Assembly (NCBI GenBank): GCA_000934665.2
Contig: JYFJ02004406.1
Coordinates: 1-32,352 of the forward strand
Direction: 5' to 3'
DNA: 32,352 nt
Origin: Catajapyx aquilonaris
Taxonomy: Eukaryota
Shown: one piece after another, positions 23,927 to 32,352 of the stretch
How positions within the stretch are numbered: position 1 is the stretch's first letter
Layout: every line of letters begins with the position of its first letter
Made by a program: the position numbers and the translations under genes
The notes under the pieces: generated by a model
What the model was told of the DNA's origin: nothing
What the model saw: only the letters and a program-made list of their open reading frames with translations
Databases searched by the model: none

Positions 23927-24770
23927 TAAATAATAATTCATACTCCATTATCAGCCTATCGGCTCTTTAGGGAGGAAGTTTTTTTTTTGCCTGGAACTCT
24001 TTGCTTTCATTTTACTGCGCTTTTTGGGATGGGATAGGGACGGAAGGAAGCAGCTGTGGCCTATTAATTATGGAAGCAACTCCGGAATTTTCCTGGAAGG
24101 ACCGTGGGAAACCACAGAAAACCACGGTCAGAGTTGCCAGCCCCGGGATTTGATCCCAGGACCTCCCAATTAGCAGTCGGACACCGTATCCCCTACTCCA
24201 AACTGCTTCGGTCGTGCTACTTTTATCAGAGTGGGCAAAGGTTGTAGTGAACGTTTATGCGATTTTCGATAGCTCCTGCCACCTTGTGTCATATATTGGA
24301 AGCAATGCTGCACTTGCCCCGTTTCCGCACTTACCCTGACTTACCCTAATAAGGATTGGCTTGTGTTTTTGCTTTCTTTGGAAGCTGCCACATACTTATG
24401 TGCATAAATGCTGCCTTAATGAAAACTCTTTCCATAGTTGTGACTACTATTTTCCTCTTAGGCATTGTTGGATGGTGGTACGGAGCTTCTGGAGCCCACA
24501 ATGCGTGCAGAAGTGGAAGTGAATGATCTCCATTTAAGGGTGGTGCTGGCTGATCTGTCCCAGCGAAGGTCAAAGGTGGAACATGTTGGAGAGAAGAGCG
24601 GCATGAAAGTGGTCCATGCTCTAGTTCCATTGGCAGAGCTAAGCAACTATGCAAACGATCTCCGAACCATCACTTCTGGCATGGCCACTTTCAGCCTAGA
24701 ATTCTCCAACTACAGTGTCACACCTCGTCAAGAGCAGGAAAAGATCATGAGGGATGGTGGAATCATGTAG
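11462..24770 (+). CDS. GFM2: Ribosome-releasing factor 2, mitochondrial (EF-G2mt), 741 aa, 8 exons
   Basis: Exons 11462-11723, 11819-12255, 12728-13114, 13178-13309, 16872-17024, 18620-19069, 22027-22122, 24462-24770 (2226 nt). Basic N-terminal transit-like peptide; G-motifs [26 protein letters not shown]2-typical [20 protein letters not shown]; domain [24 protein letters not shown]; domain V LLEP..LRTITSG.ATF. Confidence 0.95.
13986..14060. mobile_element. hAT-type MITE left-end fragment
   Basis: CAGGGGTTCCCAACCTTTT terminus preceded by CTCTAAGC, similar to the two complete hAT MITEs nearby; followed by a poly-C run; no right end found. Confidence 0.5.
14254..14567. mobile_element. hAT (Charlie-like) MITE, 314 bp
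   Basis: TIR CAGTGGTTCCCAA / TTGGGAACCACTG; perfect 8-bp TSD CTCTAAAA (14246-14253, 14568-14575); internal GGGTCGC motifs. Confidence 0.9.
15481..16287. mobile_element. Non-autonomous TIR element, ~807 bp, superfamily unassigned
   Basis: Perfect 19-bp IR CTATTGTTTATCCGCACCT (15481-15499 / 16269-16287) continuing as an imperfect ~100-bp IR; GC/CpG richer than the flanking intron. Confidence 0.7.
15911..16072. mobile_element. 162-bp MITE nested in the 15481-16287 element
   Basis: 28-bp TIR CAGTCCGTTAAACCAACGAACTACATGA (25/28 match); flanked by CA on both sides. Confidence 0.8.
16413..16677. mobile_element. hAT (Charlie-like) MITE, 265 bp
   Basis: TIR CAGTGCTGCCCAA / TTGGGAAGCACTA; perfect 8-bp TSD CTTTATGC (16405-16412, 16678-16685); GGGGTCGC subrepeats. 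Confidence 0.88.
17086..18341. mobile_element. TTAA-specific (piggyBac-type) foldback-like MITE, 1256 bp
   Basis: TTAA TSD (17082-85, 18342-45); TIR CCCCTTCGCTACCAGCTAGGCC; whole element is an imperfect palindrome with ~178-bp subrepeats. Confidence 0.92.
19299..19353. mobile_element. 55-bp minimal MITE, TA TSD
   Basis: TA|GGGTGAAGTGGGGGAAGTGCAC ... GTGCACATCCCCCACTTCACCC|TA (21/22 TIR match). Confidence 0.75.
19798..20010. mobile_element. Degenerate MITE, ~213 bp
   Basis: IR ATTGACCTTATCTCAAAGGAGG / CCTCTATTGAGGTAAGATCAAT (18/22 match). Confidence 0.5.
20243..21556. mobile_element. Possible old DNA-transposon remnant hosting SINE copy 1
   Basis: Weak terminal IR (GGCATTCCACGTCA vs TCACAGGGAATCCC, 10/14) and locally CpG-richer sequence; boundaries uncertain. 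Confidence 0.3.
20491..20794 (+). mobile_element. tRNA-derived SINE, copy 1, (ATT)n tail
   Basis: A box TGGCTGAGGGG 20503-20513, B box GGTTCGAATCC 20547-20557; 15-bp TSD ATATGTGCATTTGAA (20476-20490, 20795-20809). Confidence 0.93.
22266..22580. mobile_element. TIR element embedded in (TG)n, with GTGGGGAC subrepeats and a TTAGG tract
   Basis: TIR TCATGTCTTCAATAAGGTCTGGGGACGT vs ACGTCCCCACGCCTTAGTGAAGACAAGG (23/28); (TG)n at ~22228-22265 and ~22582-22600; (TAGGT)n ~22490-22526. Confidence 0.75.
23334..23736. mobile_element. Tc1/mariner-type MITE, 403 bp
   Basis: TA TSD; perfect TIR CAGTACCCTGCATTAATGGCCATGCACAGACA; further internal IR (23408-23437 / 23635-23664). Confidence 0.92.
23881..24211 (-). 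mobile_element. tRNA-derived SINE, copy 2, (ATT)n tail
   Basis: Reverse-complement homologue of 20491-20794 over its full length; 15-bp TSD TCGTGCTACTTTTAT (23866-23880, 24212-24226). Confidence 0.93.
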
Positions 24771-24792
24771 ATTTATTGAATATATTATTGCC

Positions 24793-24817
24793 ATTAAATT
24801 TTCTGAGGGAGAATAAA
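24793..24817 (+). terminator. Candidate GFM2 polyadenylation signals
   Basis: ATTAAA 24793-24798 and AATAAA 24812-24817 shortly after the stop at 24770. Confidence 0.5.
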
Positions 24818-25125
24818 GGTAGTTTTTGTTATGCAGGGTGACTTGCATAAAACGCACCCATGTACTGTACAAGGTGACAGCATGTCATATGTTGGAAGTT
24901 ACCACTGTGTGCTGCCAGACACTCCAGATGTGCCACTCTATGTTAACGGGTCTACACACAGGCAGATTTAACACTATTTTAGACTTGGTGTTAAGGAGTT
25001 GCCAATTGGCACTGGCCACTTCATAATGAAGGATGGAGAGGCTCACGCTGATTGGCAGATCCTTAACACTATGACTAAAACTGATGATAAAACTGACCAT
25101 GTGCAGATTCTTAAAGGGGTCTACC

Positions 25126-25196
<71 letters not shown>
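25126..25196. repeat. (AAT)n microsatellite
   Basis: ~23 perfect units. Confidence 0.97.
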
Positions 25197-25197
<1 letters not shown>

Positions 25198-25279
25198 TTG
25201 AAGCAATGCATAATGTTAAACCAAATTCCGGAGAGACTAAGTGGCGAAAATAGGTTCATTGCATCACCAGAGATGCAAA

Positions 25280-25882
25280 TAGTAAAACTTCTATAAATTG
25301 AACTTCCCTAAGTCGAAGTTCTCTATAAGTCAAAGAAAATGATGAGCTTGGTTGGTCACAATGTAAAATGATAGGAAATAAACTTCCCTAACTCGAATTT
25401 CTATAACTCGAAGTTCTCCATAACTCGAAGTGCAGGCAGGGCCTTACGATGGGATATCAATGCATTTTCAGTCTCCCTAAGTCGAAGTTTCCTGTTGGCG
25501 AGTAAGGAAAATTTTCTCATTTCCCAGCCGAAGGGTCGAGAGTAGGCCACATGTACAGAAAGGCTCAATTTCCTGATCTCCGTCTACCAGATGTACCGAA
25601 AGAAGTGTTTGACTCGATTCGTCGATTGTGACAATTGAATCCTTGAATCTAAGGGTAGGCAAATGTCCATAAAGGAGATTTTTTTACACCAAAACAACGA
25701 GGAACATTGTTCATGTGATAGTTATTTTTAAGTTTTCAACACCTTTCGTCGCTGGATATAACGGTAGGCTTCCTTATAGAGTTCTGTGCTTTAAAAAAAT
25801 CCAAACTTCTCTAACTGGAATCTTCTATAACTCGAAGTTTTTCCCCGGTCCCATGGAGATACGCCTTATAGAAGTTTTACTG
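25280..25882. mobile_element. pogo/Tigger-like MITE, ~600 bp
   Basis: TIR (C/T)AGTAAAACTTCTATAA / TTATAGAAGTTTTACTG; multiple CTATAACTCGAAGTT-type subterminal repeats and GGTCCC near the right end; TA TSD degenerate. Confidence 0.8.
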
Positions 25883-26129
25883 ATACGTTAAGATGGGCGA
25901 TTTGAACTGGCGCTCATGCAACCCGTTCCCGGCACTCTCCCCCATCTATTGGCGGCCGCACGAAGCTGCCAATGCACTTCCAGCTGCAGTGAGTTGAAGC
26001 TCGATAAGTGGCCGAGAATCCGCATCAGCGTGCAACAACCCTTGCTGATGATTGGTTTGGTCCTAAAGTTGAGCGTGGTGTCTTGAGGCATATTTGGGCA
26101 GGAAGGGGAGTTACCGGAATCCACAGCGT

Positions 26130-29100
26130 ATGTCCGACAGCGAGGGCGAGTTGGAGGCAACGGAGTATACGAGCCTGATGGATGCACATGCCAGCCAAGC
26201 GCCTCCGCCTCTCAGACCTCCAAGGCCACCAAGGCCCGCCAGAGCACCTCAGGTGACTATGACAACTGGCTGTAGTGATAACAAAACAACACCATTCTTA
26301 TCACTGCAGCACACGCCCACCAAGATGGAGATGGAGTCCAACTTGCCCAGGGTAATTAATATTCAGGTTTTGTGCCATTGCATTCAGATGTAGCGCTATG
26401 CTTTTCACCGTGCCGCTCTGTTCCACCATTTTGTTGTTGAAAACTCATTTTTTCTTACAAACATTCTCCAGAACCATTACGATGTAACCTAGTTCCATTT
26501 GTGATAATCTGATATAATTTTAGGGTGAATAACCAAGTTGGTGCAGGTGAACTTACTGTCCCTTTTGTCGAGTATAGTCCATACTGTCTTAGCAGTTAAC
26601 CCTCGAACGGTGACGTGCGAAATGTTCGCTCCCCAGTGACGTGGGCACTTTTTTGTGACCAAGCCATATTTTTTGTTATATCTGGCAAACTATAGCACAT
26701 TTTTGGGGCTTTACCTTTGAGACAATCATAGTGTGATTCCTTCTACGACAAATAGCGTTTAGTTTACATTTTTTGAGGAAATAGTGCGATCAGAAAAAGA
26801 AATCGGAAAGGAAATCAGTCGGGCCCAACTCCCAGGGGTAGGGGGATATTTGCTCATAAAATTTAAACCAAACGTCATTCATCACAGAAATAGTCAAACG
26901 AAAATGTGCTCGAAGATGAATCTCGGATGTCCCAAATTTTCCAAGTTATAGCAAAAACAGTGTCATTGGTCACAAAAAGTGCCCACGTCACCGTCCGAGG
27001 GTTAATAAAGGGTGTCAATAAGGATGCTCTGTCGAGCAATACTATCATAGTGTGACAGTCCTGTACATTCTACATACCGTTATTTCCAGATAGGGGGGGG
27101 TACAGGGTGGTGGCTGCTTTCATCAATTGGGTAATTCTTTCAGAATGATGTGGTTATGCTCTTTAAAACAAATTCTGGCAGGAAGCCTACATAATGGGTT
27201 TCTGTCGCCTACATCTGCTATCTAGAAGAGGCTATCTGAGGCTACCATGCTGTTGGATTTAGTAGTGGGAATGAGGGGAAACCAGTTGGAACCTCACAAC
27301 ATCAACAATTTCGTTGTTACGAGCATGAGGACTGTGTGTCATAGTGCATAGTATCATTCTCTAAAATGAACATTGCATTCTAACCCTAATAAGACAGGCG
27401 TTTTTTTTTTGCAATTTTGCAATAATCTACCAAAAAATCACTTGCGTTGTCATTTGACTAATCTAGTGAGTAACATCGTGTAGTGTCTAGGCTTGATCCT
27501 GAGGCCATTTATGGGACCCTCTTGGCATACCATGCGGAGATTTAAATTCTGAAATGTCTCAACAGATGCCGCAGGGGTGCGTATTTTTTTCTCCTATTTT
27601 TTGTCACTCCTGGGCTGACAAGAAGTGTATGGATGTGTCGCTCTGGTGCTACTGAACAGACCAGTATGCATGAATAATGTCACAGGACAGGCATGCCAAC
27701 CAGAGGGACTAATATACAACCCCCACCCGAGTGTAAACCTCCACAGCTGTTCAACAGCCCCGCGGGGCATGCGCCCCTCCATCCTGGTGGAGGCTGCCCG
27801 GGAGTTGCGCAGTGGCCCGCCAGCCGCTAATTGGCATTTACGAACATTGCTTATTTATTTTAAAATTATTTAATTATCTTTTGCACTAATTTTAGGGCGG
27901 AATCTCTCGAGGAGGTTTGGGAGCAACTCAGTATGCCAAAATTTGCCGGCCAACATGATAATTTTAGGGAGGGGGGAGTTTTTTTTTTTTTCATCGGCCG
28001 CAAAAAGATGATGTCATTCAAGTTAATCAGGTTAATCCGGTTTATTTATGCAAGATTTTGTGGTCCAAAATTCGCGATTTTTTACACGAGAGAAAATTTA
28101 AAAAGCCACAGAAACCACGTTACATGGTGGGAAAACGCTATAGTTTCGCCAGCAGAATTTTTGAAAGCCAGTGTATCAGCATATGATACGCCTGTCTTAT
28201 TAGGGTTAAACACTTGATCATTTTGAACCAGGTGCTATACCCACATGATAATGCCCATTGGGCCCAGCTCTGGGTATCGTAGGCAGATACCTACAAAATG
28301 GTGGGATAGATTACCCCAATTGAGGAATAAAGAGAGAAGGTTGCCAACTACTTCATTCATGACAGATGCCATATACATGGGTAGCTTTTATTCTATTGTA
28401 TTCTTTTTTGTATGTCATGGTGTGCTGGAATCTATGGGAGAGATTGTTACATTGCGTGTCCATCCCCTAGCTTGCATCTTGTGGGTAGCAAGCGAGAATA
28501 GTGAATTGGTACCTAATTAAACTTGAGCATGAATTGCCACCTATATTAGGAGATTGGAGACAGGCTGTAGCACCTAGTCTATAGTTCGCTCAAGAAGTCC
28601 GGTCACAAAAGAAGTCCTGGACAGAACAGTGTGCCCACATTTTTTATACATAGGATTTTGGGCATTTGGTGGGTGAAACAATGTGCCAGGACAGGCTAGT
28701 TTTTGCCCATTGGTGGAGAGAAAAGTGAAAGGTGAAGACTACAAAGAGAAAAGAGAAGGGGGAGACGGGGTGGGGGGCTCGTGGCCACGCCTTTTGTGAC
28801 TGGACTTCTTGAGCGAACTGTAGCATAGTCAAAGAACAGAACAGAGGTGGGGCTTCGATTTAGAATTTATCCAGATTCGAATAATATTTTAATGCTATAT
28901 TAATTTGGTGTGTGGGTAGATAATGGACATTCCAATGCCTGATCATTAACTTCAACTTTATTAACACTGGTATTTATTGACAGCCCCTTTTCATGTAAGA
29001 TTTTTCAACCCAATTTCATATGAATCACATTCACCCTATATCAATTGACCTTGGAACCAGGTTGCATATTGTCTTCAACGGTGCTCACCTGATTGTCAAA

Positions 29101-31456
29101 GTAACCATTGATGCTACCTCACCTGAGACCTACTCAACAATATTCTACATATTCACTTGGTGGCAATGGAGACTACTCTAGGTGACATTTAACATGGGTA
29201 CTGATATCACAACAGGATGAACAGGAAAAGAAGCCCCTGCAACTCCCACGATACAGTAGTTTAATATAAAAGTCCTCGCCAGCCTGGAATTTGGCGGATG
29301 CCTGAACCAACCCGAACCATTCTTTCCACTGCAGCTGGGTCTAGAGGGCAGATTGGTAGTCAGCCACCCGAACCATAAGATCCCTGTGGTGCTACACTGG
29401 TGCCAAATTCCAGGCTGGCGAGGACTGTTATATTAAACTACCGTCACCATAGGGCTAGGTTGGGATTGCGGGGGGCTGAGTAAAAGTTACTAAAATGGAT
29501 CTGGGTTGGATAAATTGGATTAACCAACTTGTGCATTGAAAATGGACAAGTTGGTTAGTTGCCACATCTGTTCTGAATTTTGGGAATGTTGTTTTATTGG
29601 ATACCATAGGATTATATAGGTTCTGCCTCTCTGCAACGTGAGTACCCAAGTTAGCTTGCAAGTATACCGTATTACCTCACTTATTGCGGCATGCTGGTGT
29701 AGGCGAGGTCGACCAGTTTTTAAAATGCTCGATCTGGTGGCTATACCGGCATGCCAGTCTAAGGGAGGTATGCTGGTATAAGGCGAGGTTTTCTTACGAT
29801 CTCTATGAAAATTATTATTACTCAAAGGACTGCATTACACCATGTTCTACGGTACGGATACAGCCCAGGACACTTCTATCGCCTGACACATTCCATACGA
29901 TCGTTTGTTGGAGTTCAAATTTTACGGCAACATTTTCAATTAAAAGTGCAAGGCTGCAAGAAAGGAAGCATACCTACCAGGATATTTCATACGTTTGGTT
30001 TGGATTTTATTATCTGAGTGATGAGGCTTCTCAGACAAATTGATACCACTAAGAAAAGTGATCCTCTGATTGTCAACGAGATCTGCGACCAGTGAAATAT
30101 TGATAGCAAAACAAAGGACTGAAGTAATTTGTCTTGATCTTTTGCTGATCCTTTTTGCATTCTCACAGCCCTGTACTCGCACATTTTTCACCGGAACATT
30201 ATTTTAGTACAGTATCAGATACAACCGAAGCAGGTTGGCATGGTGGATAAGGCGTCCGACTACTAATCAGGAGGTCCTGGGTTCGAATCCCGGGACCAAC
30301 GATCCTGACCGTGGTTTTCTGTGGTTTTCTGTGGTTTTCCACGATCTTCCTAGGATAATTCCAGGGTCGCTTCTGTATAATAGGCCACAGCTGCTTCCTT
30401 CCTTCCCTATCCTTGGAGGTTGAAGAGGGAATGCCGGGCCAACCTCCCTAATATCAATTATAAAGTATCAGATGCATTCCAAAATATTTGACAAGGATAA
30501 AAATTATGGAAATCTACCTTGGGTATTGCGGCATGCCACCCCCTGGTTATACTGGCATGCCGCAATAAGTGAGGTAATATGGTACGTTGTCAGGAAGTAG
30601 TTTTAAAATATTCATGGTTTTTTGCTCTTTCATTGTTTTCTGTGGTACTACAGAGATTTGTTCAAAATTTCCCCAACAGCTTGTTTTCATGGCTTATCCC
30701 TAAACCTCAAAATTAATTTTGTATGGAAAACTTCTAGGTCCATTTTTGTAATGCTTTTTGGTGGTCACGTGTTAGTGGGATGACAACACACACCATAGAT
30801 TGTAACAAAGAACTGCATGAAAGGGAATTCAGGACAGTTTCAGGACAGTTGCTGGATTTTATCAAGCAGTTCAGAAGTGGATCTGTTTGATAAACATTCA
30901 CAGGATGAATTAAGGTTTTGTACGTTGATTGTGTCTTGGTGATCAGCCAAAAACGGTTTGTAGAAGAAGAAAAAAGAATTTCAAACACCATTGATTTTTC
31001 TTCTTTTCAGGCTAACTGTGATGCTCCTGAAGCATCCCTGCCTTCCCTGCCCTCCTCTCGCCGAAACCAAGTTGGAATACCTTCTCCACCTTCTGGCCCT
31101 CCAGACTGGGGAGATGAAGAGGAAGAAGAGTTGAAGTATGGGGCCAAGCATGTGATCAAGTTGTTTGTCCCTGTGTCCTTATGCATGCTAGTTGTAGTTG
31201 CAACCATCAGCTCCGTCACCTTCTACACCACCAAGGATGTCTACTTGGTCTACACCCCTTTTCATGAGGACAGTCCAGACACTGGGACAAAAGTCTGGAA
31301 TGCAGTTGCCAATTCACTGATCCTGATGGGTGTCATAGTGATCATGACTGTTCTCCTTATCGTCCTCTACAAATACAAGTGCTACAAGGTCATACATGGA
31401 TGGCTCATCCTCTCTTCGCTTATGCTGCTGTTCATCTTTGCATACCTGTACCTTGA
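26130..31456 (+). CDS. Psn: Presenilin (gamma-secretase catalytic subunit), 5' partial
   Basis: Exons 26130-26252, 26310-26351, 31011-31456 (phase-2 donor GA|GTGAGT); continues beyond the window. MSDSEGE..EYTSLM N-terminus (PSEN2-like); [60 protein letters not shown] = TM1-TM3. Additional small exons in 26352-31010 cannot be excluded. Confidence 0.93.
26600..27001. mobile_element. TTAA-specific (piggyBac-type) MITE, 402 bp
   Basis: TTAA TSD (26596-99, 27002-05); TIR CCCTCG(A/G)ACGGTGACGTG plus internal IR GTGACGTGGGCACTTTTT(T)GTGACCAA (asymmetric bipartite ends typical of piggyBac). Confidence 0.92.
27384..28205. mobile_element. TTAA-specific (piggyBac-type) MITE, 822 bp
   Basis: Perfect 18-bp TIR CCCTAATAAGACAGGCGT; flanks CTAA (left) / TTAA (right). 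Confidence 0.85.
28582..28820. mobile_element. Tc1/mariner-type MITE, 239 bp
   Basis: TA TSD; ~30-bp TIR (C/T)AGTTCGCTCAAGAAGTCC(A/G)GTCACAAAAG. Confidence 0.9.
29254..29443. mobile_element. MITE, 190 bp
   Basis: ~42-bp TIR C(A/G)GTAGTTTAATATAA(A/C)AGTCCTCGCCAGCCTGGAATTTGGC. Confidence 0.85.
29667..30582. mobile_element. pogo-like MITE (TA|CCGT termini), 916 bp including a nested SINE
   Basis: TA TSD; TIR CC(G/A)TATTACCTCACTTATTGCGGCATGC; GGCATGC subrepeats. Confidence 0.9.
30224..30463 (+). mobile_element. tRNA-derived SINE, copy 3 (different 3' tail)
   Basis: Same head/central domain as copies 1-2; B box 30280-30290; TSD AGTATCAGAT(A/G)CA (30211-30223, 30464-30476). Confidence 0.9.
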
Positions 31457-31579
31457 GTGAGTATACAAAACATCATAAGTACAAGTATTTGGGGTATTTG
31501 GGCTACCAAATGTGATTATTAATAACTTATTTCTATAGCATAAGCAATTACACTGCTTAACAATTTTTTGGGGGCTTAA

Positions 31580-31945
31580 CCCCTTCGGCCCCAGATCGCC
31601 TCGAACCACACAGTTTTTGGCTTACGCGTACTCCGAAGATACGGACAAGATATTTTGCAAATAGTAACAGCTATACTTACGAGATCTGGGAAAACCCTAT
31701 GAATGGGTCTAGAACCATTTTACTCGTCTAGAAGTCCCTAAATTAATTTCCAAAAAAGGGCTATAATGACTCGAAATTGGACTACTGCCGCCCAACTTTT
31801 AGGCTGATTTAATTATGAAAAGCGTGAAAATATGCGGAATAACAACCTTGAGAACCATGCCAGAGGAATTTGCTGAAATCGTCGTACTTTGCGAGAAATT
31901 AATTAATACTTATTTGCAGCTTTCTGGCACTTCGGAAAACTCCGC
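31580..31945. mobile_element. End of a second member of the 17086-18341 TTAA family; other end not in window
   Basis: TTAA|CCCCTTCG terminus; shares the GACAAGATATTTTGCAAATA subrepeat, GAATTTGCTGAAATCGTC core and (inverted) central spacer CTTTCTGGCACTTCGGAAAACTCC. Confidence 0.85.
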
Positions 31946-32352
31946 ATACAGTTCTCCAAGGTTCTCTAGGTACATATTCAGGATATTTTAACATATTTCA
32001 CAATTTTAATCTTTCTGGTCCAGCCACCTAGAATCGAGGTGCTAAGAACTCGACGGCAGAGTACAGCCAGCTTTATACATACAGTATGTATATTATGTAA
32101 GGCTGAAATAGTCTGGAAAAAAGCATGCTGGGCAACACTTGACCATCTGGGAAACAGACACTATCGGCTGCCGGTGCCAAATAGAAAATAATCCCCTCCC
32201 ACGTGTTAGCTGCACGTGTGATACACCTGGCGTGGCGGCCTGGGAAATTGGACCATGCTCTATTCACAAGTTGCCACATGTGCCACATTTTTTCCTGTCG
32301 ACAAAAGTACACAAAGCAACGAAAACATGCCATACTAGAAAGGTCCAGAAAA

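Larger units (their letters stand above)
22642..24346. mobile_element. TA-TSD non-autonomous DNA element (GGG termini) containing a nested MITE and a SINE
   Basis: TA|GGGTAAGTTGGGGTAAGTGC ... GCACTTACCCTGACTTACCC|TA; internal GCACTTGCCCC/GGGG(T/C)AAGTGC hairpins at 22852-22880 and 23203-23240. Confidence 0.8.

Noticed and set aside
11462..24770. GFM1 or horizontally acquired bacterial fusA
   Set aside because: Seven spliceosomal introns, a transit-like N-terminus and GFM2-type motifs ([12 protein letters not shown], divergent domain IV)
23213..25095. Hammerhead ribozyme cores at CTGATGA (23213, 25081 and others)
   Set aside because: No properly placed GAAA with flanking stems I-III could be built
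25290..25842. CRISPR-like spaced repeats (CTATAACTCGAAGTT); also the 178-bp units at 17114-17650
   Set aside because: Irregular spacing, degenerate copies, located inside TIR elements in a eukaryotic genome, no cas genes

Overview
Eukaryotic (arthropod, plausibly crustacean) genomic DNA with spliceosomal introns. The left third (minus strand) is a compact immune cluster: a complete 12-exon prophenoloxidase (714 aa), followed only 228 nt later by a complete 4-exon secreted dual-CRD C-type lectin (341 aa, EPN + EPD motifs), then the first exon of a paralogous C-type lectin that runs off the window. The right two-thirds (plus strand) holds two housekeeping genes: complete 8-exon GFM2 (mitochondrial ribosome-recycling EF-G2, 741 aa) and the 5' part of presenilin. 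Their long introns are packed with non-autonomous elements: TTAA/piggyBac-type, TA/Tc1-mariner-pogo-type and 8-bp-TSD hAT-type MITEs, a (TG)n-embedded TIR element carrying TTAGG repeats, and three tRNA-derived SINEs with TSDs, several of them nested. Exon boundaries were derived by hand from GT/AG sites and frame continuity. No database searches were run.
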